In this document: positions 50,101-59,979 of the stretch, one piece after another
Layout: every line of letters starts with the position of its first letter
Position numbering within the stretch: position 1 is the first letter of the stretch
Assembly: GCA_963664705.1 (NCBI GenBank)
Contig: OY761556.1
Span: 2,688,001 to 2,752,000, forward strand
DNA length: 64,000 nt
Reading direction: 5' to 3'
Source of the DNA: Acidobacteriota bacterium
GTDB taxonomy: Bacteria; Acidobacteriota; UBA6911
Notes under the pieces: generated by a model
Told to the model about the DNA's origin: nothing
Databases searched by the model: none
Seen by the model: the letters and a program-made list of their open reading frames with translations, nothing else
Made by a program: the position numbers and the translations under genes

Positions 50101-51684
50101 ATGGCAACGAAAATGATTTCATCCACCGCACTCGTGGTCATACTCGCCATTGCGTGTGCAGGGCCGGCCAGCTTTGCTCAATCGCAAAATAAGTGCACGG
50201 AGATGACGAAATTCAAGCTTCCCGGTATTCAGTTGGAAATCACGAAGGCCGCATGGGTTCCGGCCGGGCCGGCTCCCGCGATGGGACCAGGGGGACCAGG
50301 GGGAGGGATTTCCCTGCCGGCTCATTGTCGTGTGGACGGCATGATAGATCGCCGCACAGGAACAGGCGGAGACACATACGGCATCGGATTTGCGGTTTCG
50401 CTGCCCGAAAATTGGAATGGCCGATTCCTGCAGCAGGGCGGAGGCGGCTTAAATGGAACCGTTGCCGAACCGATTGGGAATCAAGTCGCCGGCAGCCAAC
50501 CGGCCCTGTTAAGAGGATTCGCCGTGGCAACCACCGACACCGGCCATCAGGCCAAAGGAGGCGGTGGATTCGATGCCAAATTCATGCAGGACCAGCAGGC
50601 ACTAATTGACTTCGAGTACGCTGCCATAGGCAGAGTGGCCGTTATAGCCAAGCAGATCGTGGAAGTCTACTATGCAAAACCGCCGGCGCACTCCTATTTT
50701 GCCGGCTGTTCCACCGGCGGGAGGGAGGCGATGCTAATGACGCAACGTTACCCTCTCTATTTTGACGGCGTTATTTCCGGCGCCCCGGCAATGCGCACCG
50801 GACACTCCAACTTGGCCGACCGCACTGTAAGCGTAGCCTTGAGCCGCATCGCCCCCAAGGGCGCCGACGGCAAGCCCGTCCCGGGCGGAGGCCTCTCCGA
50901 CAGTGACAGAAAACTGATCATAAGCAAGCTCCTGGAAAAATGCGACGCCATCGATGGCGCAAAAGACGGCATGATCTTTGATGTGCTCGGCTGCGGTTTC
51001 GACCCGGCCTCGCTTGTGTGCTCCGGTCCGAAAACGGATGCCTGCCTTTCGCAACCGCAAGTTGCGGCGCTTAAAGAAGGGTTCGCGGGCCCGAAAGATT
51101 CCCGTGGTAACCAGGTTTACCCAGGTTTCTTCTTCGACACAGGGATTACAGCCACCGGCCAAGGAATTCCAGGATTAATCGGATCAGGGCCGAGTCCATT
51201 AGGAAATGTGAACTCCGGAGCGGAGCAAAATATCGATAAGGAAGCCGCCGCAGCCGATTCCAATCCGGGCTCGCGATTGGGCGACTCTAATTACTGGACA
51301 AACCTCAACACATTCTCGTCGCGCGGCGGAAAATTGATTTTTTACCACGGGGTCAGCGACCCCTGGTTCTCCGCGAAAGACACGATTGGCTATTACGAGA
51401 GGATGACAGAGGCCAACGGCGGAACAGCGCAGGTCAAAAATTGGAGCCGGCTTTTCCTGTCGCCTGGTATGGGACATTGCAGCGGAGGCTCAGCAACCCT
51501 CGATAGCTTTGATCTGCTGAGTGCGATTGTAGACTGGGTGGAAAAAGGCACGGCGCCAGATTCGGTAAAAGCTACGGGACGCGCCTTTCCAGAACGCAGC
51601 CGTCCGCTTTGCCCCTTCCCTTCCCATGCGCAGTATAAAGGCCAGGGCAGCACGGAAGATGCAGCCAACTTTGACTGCAAGTAA
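50101..51684 (+). CDS. Secreted tannase/feruloyl esterase-family hydrolase
   Basis: WNGRF, TDTGH, GCSTGG (50704), HGVSD and PGMGHC (51472) form the CS-D-HC motif; RSRPLCPFP. Confidence 0.92.
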   Translation: MATKMISSTALVVILAIACAGPASFAQSQNKCTEMTKFKLPGIQLEITKAAWVPAGPAPAMGPGGPGGGISLPAHCRVDGMIDRRTGTGGDTYGIGFAVSLPENWNGRFLQQGGGGLNGTVAEPIGNQVAGSQPALLRGFAVATTDTGHQAKGGGGFDAKFMQDQQALIDFEYAAIGRVAVIAKQIVEVYYAKPPAHSYFAGCSTGGREAMLMTQRYPLYFDGVISGAPAMRTGHSNLADRTVSVALSRIAPKGADGKPVPGGGLSDSDRKLIISKLLEKCDAIDGAKDGMIFDVLGCGFDPASLVCSGPKTDACLSQPQVAALKEGFAGPKDSRGNQVYPGFFFDTGITATGQGIPGLIGSGPSPLGNVNSGAEQNIDKEAAAADSNPGSRLGDSNYWTNLNTFSSRGGKLIFYHGVSDPWFSAKDTIGYYERMTEANGGTAQVKNWSRLFLSPGMGHCSGGSATLDSFDLLSAIVDWVEKGTAPDSVKATGRAFPERSRPLCPFPSHAQYKGQGSTEDAANFDCK

Positions 51685-51690
51685 CCTGAG

Positions 51691-51726
51691 ATTTGGAGTG
51701 GGGTGGCAAGCCACCCCACTCCAAAT
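51691..51726. repeat. REP-like hairpin (family A derivative), likely a bidirectional terminator
   Basis: Perfect 17-bp arms ATTTGGAGTGGGGTGGC-AA-GCCACCCCACTCCAAAT between convergent genes. Confidence 0.8.
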
Positions 51727-52682
51727 TATTTAAGCGTTTTGGCCACTCGAAAGCCGAGATAGCTTCGGCCACGGGTATCTGGTGCATACACGAAAGCCCG
51801 GTTTGCAGACCGCAGCGTCTTGGAATTGCTCTCAAACGAGTTTGAACGGAATCCGCGTACGGAGCAGTTGCCTGTTTTAACCGCAGAACCATCCCTGGGC
51901 AGCAAGGGAATGTTTGTTTCGTAGCAATCTTCCACCCATTGATAAATATTGCCGTACATGTCGCACAATCCGAAAGCATTCGTCGGAAATGAACACACGG
52001 GAGATGTCGAATCTACCCATATATCGCGCCCTTCGGCCAATCCCCCCACATCCATTCCGGCTTCCTTCCCGTAATTGGCATATTCGTGGCTGGGATCGTT
52101 CCCCCACCAATAGATCGTCGTAGTTCCTGCCCGCGCCGCGTATTCGAATTCCGATTCTGATAAAAGGCGATATTTTTCTTTACCGGTCTTTTTGTTGAGC
52201 CAGCGGACGAAAGCCTGGGCATCGTACCAACTGACGCCCACAACAGGATGATTGCCGCCCGCATGACCGGGATAGTTCTGGATCGGCTTGCCGTTACGAT
52301 CTAACTTAAGTGCCGCATCCACCGCGGCGCCATCGCACACCTTGTCGCGAACACACGCACTCCACTCATCCCAGGTAATCGGGCCCTTACTGACCGCAAA
52401 CGAATATGAAATCTCAACCGCATGCTGCCCTTCGTCTGCATCCCGATCCTTTTCCATTTCGGGCGAACCCATCGTAAATGTGCCGGGTGGAACGACCACC
52501 ATCTCGGGGCATCCTTTGCAATCTTTGAAAACTTTGACATGATCTGCCGCCTCAGCATCAATGCTTACCGCCAAGGCTATTGCCACAATTACCGCAAAGA
52601 CCATCGGGAATATTCCAATGCACGCTCTGTGAAAATACATCCAGGATAGTTCGGCCGAGGCTATTCTTTGTTTGAGCAACAT
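51726..52682 (-). CDS. Formylglycine-generating enzyme (SUMF1)-fold domain protein, exported
   Basis: FKDC..CPEMVV, FTMGS, HPVVGVSW, RLLSESEFEYAARAG, NAFGL.DM.GN and GFRVA; ATG 52682 follows GGGAGG. Confidence 0.87.
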   Translation of the reverse strand: MLLKQRIASAELSWMYFHRACIGIFPMVFAVIVAIALAVSIDAEAADHVKVFKDCKGCPEMVVVPPGTFTMGSPEMEKDRDADEGQHAVEISYSFAVSKGPITWDEWSACVRDKVCDGAAVDAALKLDRNGKPIQNYPGHAGGNHPVVGVSWYDAQAFVRWLNKKTGKEKYRLLSESEFEYAARAGTTTIYWWGNDPSHEYANYGKEAGMDVGGLAEGRDIWVDSTSPVCSFPTNAFGLCDMYGNIYQWVEDCYETNIPLLPRDGSAVKTGNCSVRGFRSNSFESNSKTLRSANRAFVYAPDTRGRSYLGFRVAKTLK

Positions 52683-52749
52683 CGATTTTCCTCCCACTAT
52701 TTCTATAATAATGCATTAAGCTATATCCATATTACTATCGAGGTGGCAA

Positions 52750-53634
52750 ATGGATTTGCATAAAAATAAATTAGGATTTTTGGCTTTGCTGTTTGCAGAG
52801 ATGATGTTTGTAGCTCTCGCCACATCCACCGCAGCAGACACACGCTGCAACCGGGAATGCCTGGGCGGTTTCATTTCGAAATACCTGGATGCCATGCTGG
52901 CGCACAATCCAAGCCTTCTTCCGCATTCCGCCAATCTAAAGTTCACGGAAGATTCGGAGCCGATGAAGCTGGGCGAGGGACTCTGGAAAACTGTTTCCGG
53001 AATTCGCCCTTACCGACGTGACGTTCTGGACGTGCCTCAAGCCATCGCCACATCCAAGGTTGTGGTTGAGGAAGCGGGGTCGCCGGTTCTTCTGCAGATA
53101 AGACTGAAAATCGCGGATCAAAAAATAACTGAAGTCGAAACCATGACCGTGCGTACTCAGAAAGAGGGTGCGCTCTTTACACCGGAAACACTGAAGGAAG
53201 CAAAGAAAGAAATGTCTCTTGTGCCGGAACGGGGCCAAATCCCGACGCGCGCGGATATGATTAAAATAGCGGAAACTTATGCCGCCGGCTTGAAGATTGG
53301 AAGTTTTGCCAAGGCGGACGCTCAGTTCGCTTCCGATGCCTACCGTCTCGAGAATGGAGTAACCACCGCCGGAGTCGGCTGTGCCCGTGCGGGATGCGAG
53401 AACATGAGGACACAGCAAATCATAGAACACCCTAAAATCACCTGGCGCACAACAGCGGTGGACGAGGACCTCGGCATCGTTTTAATGCGTTTGGATTTCG
53501 GTGAAACAAGTTCCTATGCAGCAGGCAAATCACTGGTTGTGTGGGAAGAGTTCAAAATATATGGCAGTGCGATGCATGCTGTCGAAGCATTTATGCGCTA
53601 CATGCCCTCCACCAAGGGATCCGGCTGGGAATAA
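52750..53634 (+). CDS. Secreted protein of unknown function (paralog of 11210..12055)
   Basis: Signal peptide; CNRECL...YLDAM, LGEGLWK, RLKI...ITEVE, RLENG and EEFKI...VEA. Confidence 0.8.
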   Translation: MDLHKNKLGFLALLFAEMMFVALATSTAADTRCNRECLGGFISKYLDAMLAHNPSLLPHSANLKFTEDSEPMKLGEGLWKTVSGIRPYRRDVLDVPQAIATSKVVVEEAGSPVLLQIRLKIADQKITEVETMTVRTQKEGALFTPETLKEAKKEMSLVPERGQIPTRADMIKIAETYAAGLKIGSFAKADAQFASDAYRLENGVTTAGVGCARAGCENMRTQQIIEHPKITWRTTAVDEDLGIVLMRLDFGETSSYAAGKSLVVWEEFKIYGSAMHAVEAFMRYMPSTKGSGWE

Positions 53635-53641
53635 GTTCTTT

Positions 53642-53698
53642 GAGCCCTTGAGTCTTTGAGCTTAGCGCTTCTTCAGTAACCTCAAAGACTCAAGGCTC
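53642..53698. terminator. Hairpin of 8-bp tandem units between convergent genes
   Basis: GAGCCCTTGAGTCTTTGAG...CTCAAAGACTCAAGGCTC inverted repeat. Confidence 0.6.
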
Positions 53699-53705
53699 GA
53701 AGCCC

Positions 53706-55655
53706 CTATTTGATATACGGGTTGTATTTGATTGCGCCGGTTTTCTGATCACGGGAATAGTGTTTGAAGAAATCCCATGCAAGCCTGGCATACTCGGGAT
53801 AGAGGGCGTGAATCAGATTCTCCGTATAGTTTAGCGCTACCATCGGAACCCCGCTGCCATTATTCAGATACCAGCTATAGTTATCATACTCGTTATTGAG
53901 CCTAGTCCTCTCCAAACGATCCGCCTTGAAGCCGGCTATCGGGTACGTCGCGAAATCATAGGGACCAATCGTCTTCATACCATTGTAGCCAAGAAAGAGA
54001 TTGAGCTGGGTCTGGTACCCGACGGCGATGCTTCCATTAGCTTGATCGAATGCACCCCCCAAATCGAACGAAGAAGTGGTGAACATCACCGGCAAATTAG
54101 CCTTCTTCAGCTGCACGGCCTGTTCCGGGGTAGCGGTATAAGGCGCAGCCGCCATGGGAACCGCGGCTGCAAACACAAAGGGATCGCCATTGATTGCTTT
54201 GAGTGTTCCGGCCCCGCCCATTGAGTAGCCGGTAACATAAACGCGCGATGGATCCAATGCCGGGTAGGTTTTGAGAATGCTCTTAACGAACCGGGGCAGG
54301 ATATTGCACAACAAGCCTTGAAGCGTGGGATCGTTCGTTCTCGAGAAATTCAGAGACTGATGCTCCGGCGCAACCATGGCAAAGCGTTCGGAACCCGCCA
54401 GGTCCAGCAAGCCGATTTCGTCCACAAACACGCGGGGGTCATCTCCGCCTCCATGCATGGCCAGAATCAGCGGCACGGTTCCCGCAGGCGCCGTTCCCTT
54501 CAGCACTTCTTCCGGAAGATATTCAAACCAGGTCTGCAGGTATTCGCCCTCTTTCGACTTAATGTCGCTGAATGCTTCCGAAGTCTTTCGGATTAGGTGG
54601 ATACCGTCTTGCGTCACTCCGCTGATTACGGCATTTCTGCGGCACAATGAATATGGGGCCTCATCGAAGTTGTATCCCTGGTAAGGAGTGGATGCGGAGT
54701 ATAGCCCCTGCTTGATGACGGGCACACGCATCGCTTTAATGAACAGGTTGTAGTAGGCATCTTTTATATATCTGGCGGCATCCGACTTTCCTGTTTCCTT
54801 TGCGACGACAACTCTTTTGAGAGGAAGCGCCTGGTTATAGTGTGTTTCAACGCCGCCGGCGCTTATGTACGCATCGACATCATTGGCCTTTTTATATTTT
54901 GCAACGATTGATTCAGCTGTATTCACGAGATACACGGGAACGAGTGCCGCAACCCCGCGAATGCTATCCATTTTGCCGTTGATCAAAAGCATGCCGGCAA
55001 TGCGGCTTACGTAATCGAAAGTTCCGGCGACATAGTTATTGAGAAATGTTGCGCCGCCGTCCAGGCCGATCACATAGGTATAACCATATCCCCCGAAGTA
55101 CTCTGCATCCGAATAACTTATGGCCGTACTCCCACTTCTTTCAGAAGCCTTTTGGGCCAACATGGCAGTCTGAAGAGCGTAATAATATTTCTGGTCATTT
55201 GCGGTAAAGCCCGCTTTGGGATCCGATGGAGTGACAAGCACGATGCTGCCAACTGCCTGGTCAATGATCTTGGTCAAACCCAAGTCCTTGAGATATGCAA
55301 GCGCGGCATCTTTGCCGGCAAATGATATTTCGGCGAACACCAGAATATTTGTGTTCAGCCTTGCCGCGGCGCGTCCGCCGAACAGATTGGCGGATCGATA
55401 GACATACGTAATCCCTTTGGGATAGTTGTCCAAAACGGGGTGAGACTTGAACGTTTTTCCATTATTGGTTTCCAATGGAGCGACGGCCGCGGGACTGCTA
55501 GCGCGGGTTTCTTCCAAGGTTTCGAAGGTAACCGGATTCCCCTGGCTGCCGGAATAATTCAGCGCAAAAACACGGTAGGAGGGTAGGCAGCTCGCTACCA
55601 GCGCCATAAAAATCGCTAAAAACAACCTCTGCTTGAACATAACCTGATTCTCCAA
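53706..55655 (-). CDS. Secreted two-domain esterase (C-terminal PHB-depolymerase-like alpha/beta hydrolase)
   Basis: PLILAMHGGG, RVYVTGYSMGG and LIHALYPEY; large uncharacterised N-terminal domain. Confidence 0.8.
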   Translation of the reverse strand: MENQVMFKQRLFLAIFMALVASCLPSYRVFALNYSGSQGNPVTFETLEETRASSPAAVAPLETNNGKTFKSHPVLDNYPKGITYVYRSANLFGGRAAARLNTNILVFAEISFAGKDAALAYLKDLGLTKIIDQAVGSIVLVTPSDPKAGFTANDQKYYYALQTAMLAQKASERSGSTAISYSDAEYFGGYGYTYVIGLDGGATFLNNYVAGTFDYVSRIAGMLLINGKMDSIRGVAALVPVYLVNTAESIVAKYKKANDVDAYISAGGVETHYNQALPLKRVVVAKETGKSDAARYIKDAYYNLFIKAMRVPVIKQGLYSASTPYQGYNFDEAPYSLCRRNAVISGVTQDGIHLIRKTSEAFSDIKSKEGEYLQTWFEYLPEEVLKGTAPAGTVPLILAMHGGGDDPRVFVDEIGLLDLAGSERFAMVAPEHQSLNFSRTNDPTLQGLLCNILPRFVKSILKTYPALDPSRVYVTGYSMGGAGTLKAINGDPFVFAAAVPMAAAPYTATPEQAVQLKKANLPVMFTTSSFDLGGAFDQANGSIAVGYQTQLNLFLGYNGMKTIGPYDFATYPIAGFKADRLERTRLNNEYDNYSWYLNNGSGVPMVALNYTENLIHALYPEYARLAWDFFKHYSRDQKTGAIKYNPYIK

Positions 55656-55693
55656 TGGTTGATATAAAAAACAAGAGAAGCACCCGAAAGGAG

Positions 55694-55769
55694 CCTTGGA
55701 GTGCGGCGCCTTGCCGTCTTAAACAGCCGAAAGGCGGTGGCAAGCCACCGCACTCCAAGGGCTTCGCCT
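55694..55769. repeat. REP-like palindromic element, family A
   Basis: CCTTGGAGTGCGGC...AAAGGCGGTGGCAAGCCACCGCACTCCAAGGGCTTCGCCT. Confidence 0.82.
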
Positions 55770-55786
55770 TCTACGAAAAGCTGTGA

Positions 55787-57238
55787 TTACGGCCTTTTGA
55801 AGGTCCAGCGCGATTTATCGCTCTTAAGGTCAAACTTAGCTAAAGTCGGGGTACTGCGGCCCGCTGCCGTCAATACAAACGGTTCCGGGGAACCGGCAAC
55901 CGATTTGGACATGATTCGGAAAGTGCCGTCAGTGAGTTGATCGATACGCCACAGCTGTTCGGGAGCGCCGGAGAATGACGGAACCGTCACAACATCATTG
56001 TCAGCAGTTGCCGATAAAGCGCGATCGGTACCCGCGACTACAATCTTAAAATAGGGCGACCCGGGATAACCGCCGACATCGGCAACCGGCGTGATTGTCC
56101 ATTTTTGATGGGGGCGAGACATGAAGTCGCCGATGCGCAGATCTATGTTGCCGGACGGCCAGTTTGCTTGCACCTGCGCCAGTTCCTGAGGCGGGACCGG
56201 GGCTATCGGTCCGCTGGGCGGGCCGAAACCTCGCATTCCGCCGGGCATTCGCACAAAATCGACCGCCAGTTCAAGAGCAAATCCGCTGCGCTCTGACTGG
56301 ATCTCATAGGTTCCTCCGACAAAGTTGTCGCCGCCTATTGGCCATCCGTCCTTCCAAAGCAGCGGGCGAATGTCCATTACGCTTCGGCCGCTGCGGTCCA
56401 GGTCGGCCTCGTAATGGCAGGAGAATTTCTGTACGTCATCACCAAGGTCCAACAGGCCAAAGTGGCCCGGCCCTACAAAACGGCCGCTCGCGGCTACCAC
56501 CAGTTTGCCGCCCCCCTTAAGCAGTTCAACGCCCATATTATCCACATAGGGGCCGAGCACATTTCTGGAGCGGCCCACGCGGATATTGTAGGTGGAGTTT
56601 GCTCCATCGCAGCAAGTGCCATGTGTTCCGAGCAGATAATACCAGCCATCCCGATACATCATCGCGGTGGCTTCCATATCAATAGCAACGTTGACAGGCT
56701 GATTGCCGGTTATGCGCTTCCCTGTTTTTGGATCGAGTTCCACTAAGCGGATAAATCCAAAGTAGGTCCCATAACTGAGCCACAGGCGGCTGGTGACAGG
56801 ATCGAGCAGGAATGCCGGGTCAATGGCATCGCAGTCTTCGACGCCGTCACTCGAGGCGACGATGTTCTCATCGTGAAATCCAAATTCGGGCGACTTGGGA
56901 TCGAGGCTTTTTGTCCACACGGTTTTGATGTTGCTGGCGTGCCCTCCGGACATACCTCCGCCGCCCACGGCGTAGGTCACGAGATATTGTTCTCCGATTT
57001 TGATGATGTCGGGAGCCACTCCCCCACCGGGACGCACCGCCCCGCTGTGCCAGGTCCAGCCATCTTCAGATATGAGCCCCCCACCGCCGGTGCCGAAAGC
57101 GAAATACTCACCGTTGCTGAATGCAATGGTCGACGGATCGTGGATATAGGGTTCGCCATTCAGAGCGGGCGCCTGCGCGGACACTGGAGAAATCACTGTG
57201 GCCAGTAACATTGCTGTCGCCAGCAAATTTGATTTCAT
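55787..57238 (-). CDS. Secreted GH43 glycoside hydrolase (arabinanase/arabinofuranosidase-like) with C-terminal ricin-like module
   Basis: IHDPS, APD, AIDP, MEA and GPGH GH43 motifs; Q.W repeats at the C-terminus; ATG 57238 follows GGGAG. Confidence 0.88.
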   Translation of the reverse strand: MKSNLLATAMLLATVISPVSAQAPALNGEPYIHDPSTIAFSNGEYFAFGTGGGGLISEDGWTWHSGAVRPGGGVAPDIIKIGEQYLVTYAVGGGGMSGGHASNIKTVWTKSLDPKSPEFGFHDENIVASSDGVEDCDAIDPAFLLDPVTSRLWLSYGTYFGFIRLVELDPKTGKRITGNQPVNVAIDMEATAMMYRDGWYYLLGTHGTCCDGANSTYNIRVGRSRNVLGPYVDNMGVELLKGGGKLVVAASGRFVGPGHFGLLDLGDDVQKFSCHYEADLDRSGRSVMDIRPLLWKDGWPIGGDNFVGGTYEIQSERSGFALELAVDFVRMPGGMRGFGPPSGPIAPVPPQELAQVQANWPSGNIDLRIGDFMSRPHQKWTITPVADVGGYPGSPYFKIVVAGTDRALSATADNDVVTVPSFSGAPEQLWRIDQLTDGTFRIMSKSVAGSPEPFVLTAAGRSTPTLAKFDLKSDKSRWTFKRP

Positions 57239-57278
57239 GAAAACTCCCAAACAAATAATTTTTGATTCGTGAACCACG

Positions 57279-58097
57279 CTATATTCCAGCGCTATCGAGG
57301 CTCACCGTAATATCCTTGATCGGAATTCCATTCTCATCAATAAAGCGGACGCAGAAATCACTCAGGCCAGGACCGTTGATAACAGCCCCATAAATGATAT
57401 TCGAACCCTTTTTCAGGGTGAGTCGTTTAGATACGACATCATCCATGACCATGCGTCGATCGTCAAACAGTGCGACGGCCTCCTTGCCGTTCACCCACCA
57501 GATGGATGCCGAATTGGAACCTGCGGCCAAACGGACACTCTTGATCTCTTGGGGGCTGTTCACTACCGTCGCCACCCAGAAGATGACGCCATAGGTTGGT
57601 TTGTTCAGGCCATAGGCAAAACGAAATAGTTTGACGTTGAAATCAACGGAATCGAGAGCATGCCATGTCAATTCCTGGTTTCCGATCATTACCTTTTCGC
57701 CGTCCCTGGGAATGACAGCGAACTGGTTGGGGAGGCATTCTGAAAAAGCTTTCCGAATGTAAGTTCCAGTGAATACTGTATTGGTGCGGTTGGGCTTGTT
57801 GATCGGTTCAAGCAGCAGCCACCGCTGGATGAATCCATCCTTGTCCGGACTCTTCGGCTTTGAAGTGGCCGGGCTGAAGTATGACGCGACGCTGCGATCG
57901 GGTGTATCCCCGGGAATTGCGAGTTGAAATCCAGTTATCACCAGGACTGCCACTGCAACATGCAGTCGCTTTGGAATGCAGCAGTTTGCTGCCGCCTTAC
58001 ACAGCCGAATGGCGGTGGCAAGCCACCGTATTCCAAGGGCTTCGCCTGAATCAAACTGAGGTGTAGAGGCCTTTGTAATCTTTATTGTGGGCTTCAT
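57279..58097 (-). CDS. Conserved secreted hypothetical protein upstream of GH43 (start uncertain; REP in 5' region)
   Basis: Protein-like core FIQRWLLLEPI...WHALDS...GSNSAS...RRMVMDD...INGPGLSDFC. A hydrophobic signal-like segment begins near 57965. Confidence 0.65.
   Translation of the reverse strand: MKPTIKITKASTPQFDSGEALGIRWLATAIRLCKAAANCCIPKRLHVAVAVLVITGFQLAIPGDTPDRSVASYFSPATSKPKSPDKDGFIQRWLLLEPINKPNRTNTVFTGTYIRKAFSECLPNQFAVIPRDGEKVMIGNQELTWHALDSVDFNVKLFRFAYGLNKPTYGVIFWVATVVNSPQEIKSVRLAAGSNSASIWWVNGKEAVALFDDRRMVMDDVVSKRLTLKKGSNIIYGAVINGPGLSDFCVRFIDENGIPIKDITVSLDSAGI
57970..58047. repeat. REP-like palindromic element, family A (degenerate)
   Basis: TTGGAATGCAGCAG...ACAGCCGAATGGCGGTGGCAAGCCACCGTATTCCAAGGGCTTCGCCT, closely matching the 55694 copy. 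Confidence 0.78.
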
Positions 58098-59904
58098 AGT
58101 TTTTCTTGAGATCACCCCAGTAAGCATGCGGCATTTCTCCGATCTTCACTTTACCGTCTACCAGCTTAAGCGTGATGAACTTCTTCCATTCAGGCGGATC
58201 CATTTGGGGGTAGTCAATTCTTTGGAAATTCAAATGCCTGCTGCTGGCCTTGCGCGCCAGTGAACCCTCGATAATCAATTGCGAGAACTTGAGTATGTTC
58301 AGATCTTCCAGGCTGCGCAAAAGCTTGTGTGGGTCAAGAGCGTAGAGGCTGGGAACAAAGTCTTTTTCTATTTCCTTGAGCGCATCCAAGCCCATATTAA
58401 GCAGTTTTTCGGTCTTATATTCGCTGCAGAAGTACTGCATCATACGCGCCATTCCCGCATGCAGTTCTTTCCACTCGATTCCTTCTCTCCTTTTAATCGG
58501 AGCATAAACGCGGGCTTTCTCCCGCACAACCTGATCCCTTGATATTGCCGGCCGGCTTGCCTGAGAAGCATAGGCAGCTGCTTTTCTGCCAGCATATCTG
58601 CCGGTAGATGCTGCATAGCCGTGAGCTGCGGGAGCAAACATTTGTTCTCCCGCGGCATACAATCCTTCCAAAGTAGTTCTCAAATCCCAGTCGACCACAA
58701 CGCCGCCTCGGTCATTCATGCTGTCGGGAGAGCGGAAATGGGCCGGCGTGGATCCTTCCAGAAGCGTGTGATTCATCATCAAGTCTTTGGTCGGATCATA
58801 CCCGGCACTCTCAAAAACCCGTCTCATGGCAATTGCCGTCGATTCCTCCCTATATCCCAAATCCCAATTGATCTTCCTCCAGCCCTCTGACATGGCAGGA
58901 AAATCTCCCCAGAAAGGCAAAGAGAGTTCTCCTTTGAGCACCGCATCACGGGCTGCCGCGGTCGATGGCAATGCTCTTCCATTGTCATCGACCGATGGAA
59001 CATTTTCGAAAACTGGATCGTTCCCGGCAGAATCGATTTTATGTTTGTGGCCTGTCCCCAGATAAAGAAGACCTGACTTCTCCGTCAGGGTCAATTCGGC
59101 ACCAGCTCCATAAGCCATCACCGTTCCGTCCCCAGACGCATTGCGCGACCTGAAAGTGGAAATCCCGGCCAACTCTGTATTGAAAACCCAAACGGATCCG
59201 ATTCCGGCTGTGGCCAATACAACTGCCTTCGCCTTGAAAATCATGAATTCGCCTGTTCGCGTATTGATTCCGGTTGCGCCTGCCACCCTGGCACCGTGAA
59301 GACCCTTTTCGTTTAAAAGGCTGGTCCCCGCGATCCTGTCATAAACCTGCACCCCTAAACGCTCGCATTCTTTTTTCAATGCAGGCTTGACCGTCGTTCC
59401 CCAAAAGCGAAGCGAAATACCCTCAGGCTGGTACCTGTCCGCAACGACAATTTTTGTTTTATCGTCCCGTCCCGGAGCGCCAACGAATTCATCATTGGTG
59501 TCCCTCATCTTGGCGCCCATTTTTTCCAATTCCTGAAACGCGTCATAGCCTTCCTGGCATTCGATTGCGTGCCCAATCCCGTTGCTGTAACCGCCCTGAC
59601 TGTCGATAAGGCGCTGGCACTGCACGAATGGATCGACCTTTGCCAACGGACAGGTCATTGGATAGTCCCAGTGATCGCCGCCCGGTCCTCCGGCCCCGCT
59701 TCTCAAAGTAGCCGCCTTTTCGACAAGCGCAACCTTTACTCCCTTTGTCCTGGCCGCACTGAGAGCCGCCCAGCAACCGGCGATGCCGCCGCCGATCACA
59801 AGCACATCCGTCTCGATTTCCTGCTCCTGCTCATATCGTATTTGATAAGGCCACTCCGGAACACGACCGTCATTTTCCATCAATTCATGCCATGAAGAAG
59901 TCAT
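58051..59904 (-). CDS. AprA/succinate dehydrogenase flavoprotein-like FAD oxidoreductase
   Basis: DVLVIGGGIAG, RSGAG, LATAG, GDG, TTLEGLYAAGE and SLARKAS...RIDYP C-terminal domain; no signal peptide. Confidence 0.85.
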   Translation of the reverse strand: MTSSWHELMENDGRVPEWPYQIRYEQEQEIETDVLVIGGGIAGCWAALSAARTKGVKVALVEKAATLRSGAGGPGGDHWDYPMTCPLAKVDPFVQCQRLIDSQGGYSNGIGHAIECQEGYDAFQELEKMGAKMRDTNDEFVGAPGRDDKTKIVVADRYQPEGISLRFWGTTVKPALKKECERLGVQVYDRIAGTSLLNEKGLHGARVAGATGINTRTGEFMIFKAKAVVLATAGIGSVWVFNTELAGISTFRSRNASGDGTVMAYGAGAELTLTEKSGLLYLGTGHKHKIDSAGNDPVFENVPSVDDNGRALPSTAAARDAVLKGELSLPFWGDFPAMSEGWRKINWDLGYREESTAIAMRRVFESAGYDPTKDLMMNHTLLEGSTPAHFRSPDSMNDRGGVVVDWDLRTTLEGLYAAGEQMFAPAAHGYAASTGRYAGRKAAAYASQASRPAISRDQVVREKARVYAPIKRREGIEWKELHAGMARMMQYFCSEYKTEKLLNMGLDALKEIEKDFVPSLYALDPHKLLRSLEDLNILKFSQLIIEGSLARKASSRHLNFQRIDYPQMDPPEWKKFITLKLVDGKVKIGEMPHAYWGDLKKNYEAHNKDYKGLYTSV

Positions 59905-59979
59905 GGTTCATTCTCCCTCCGAGCTCCATTCGGTGTGGATGCCAGATATTCGGCTAATAGATCCAGAACCGGCTGCGAA

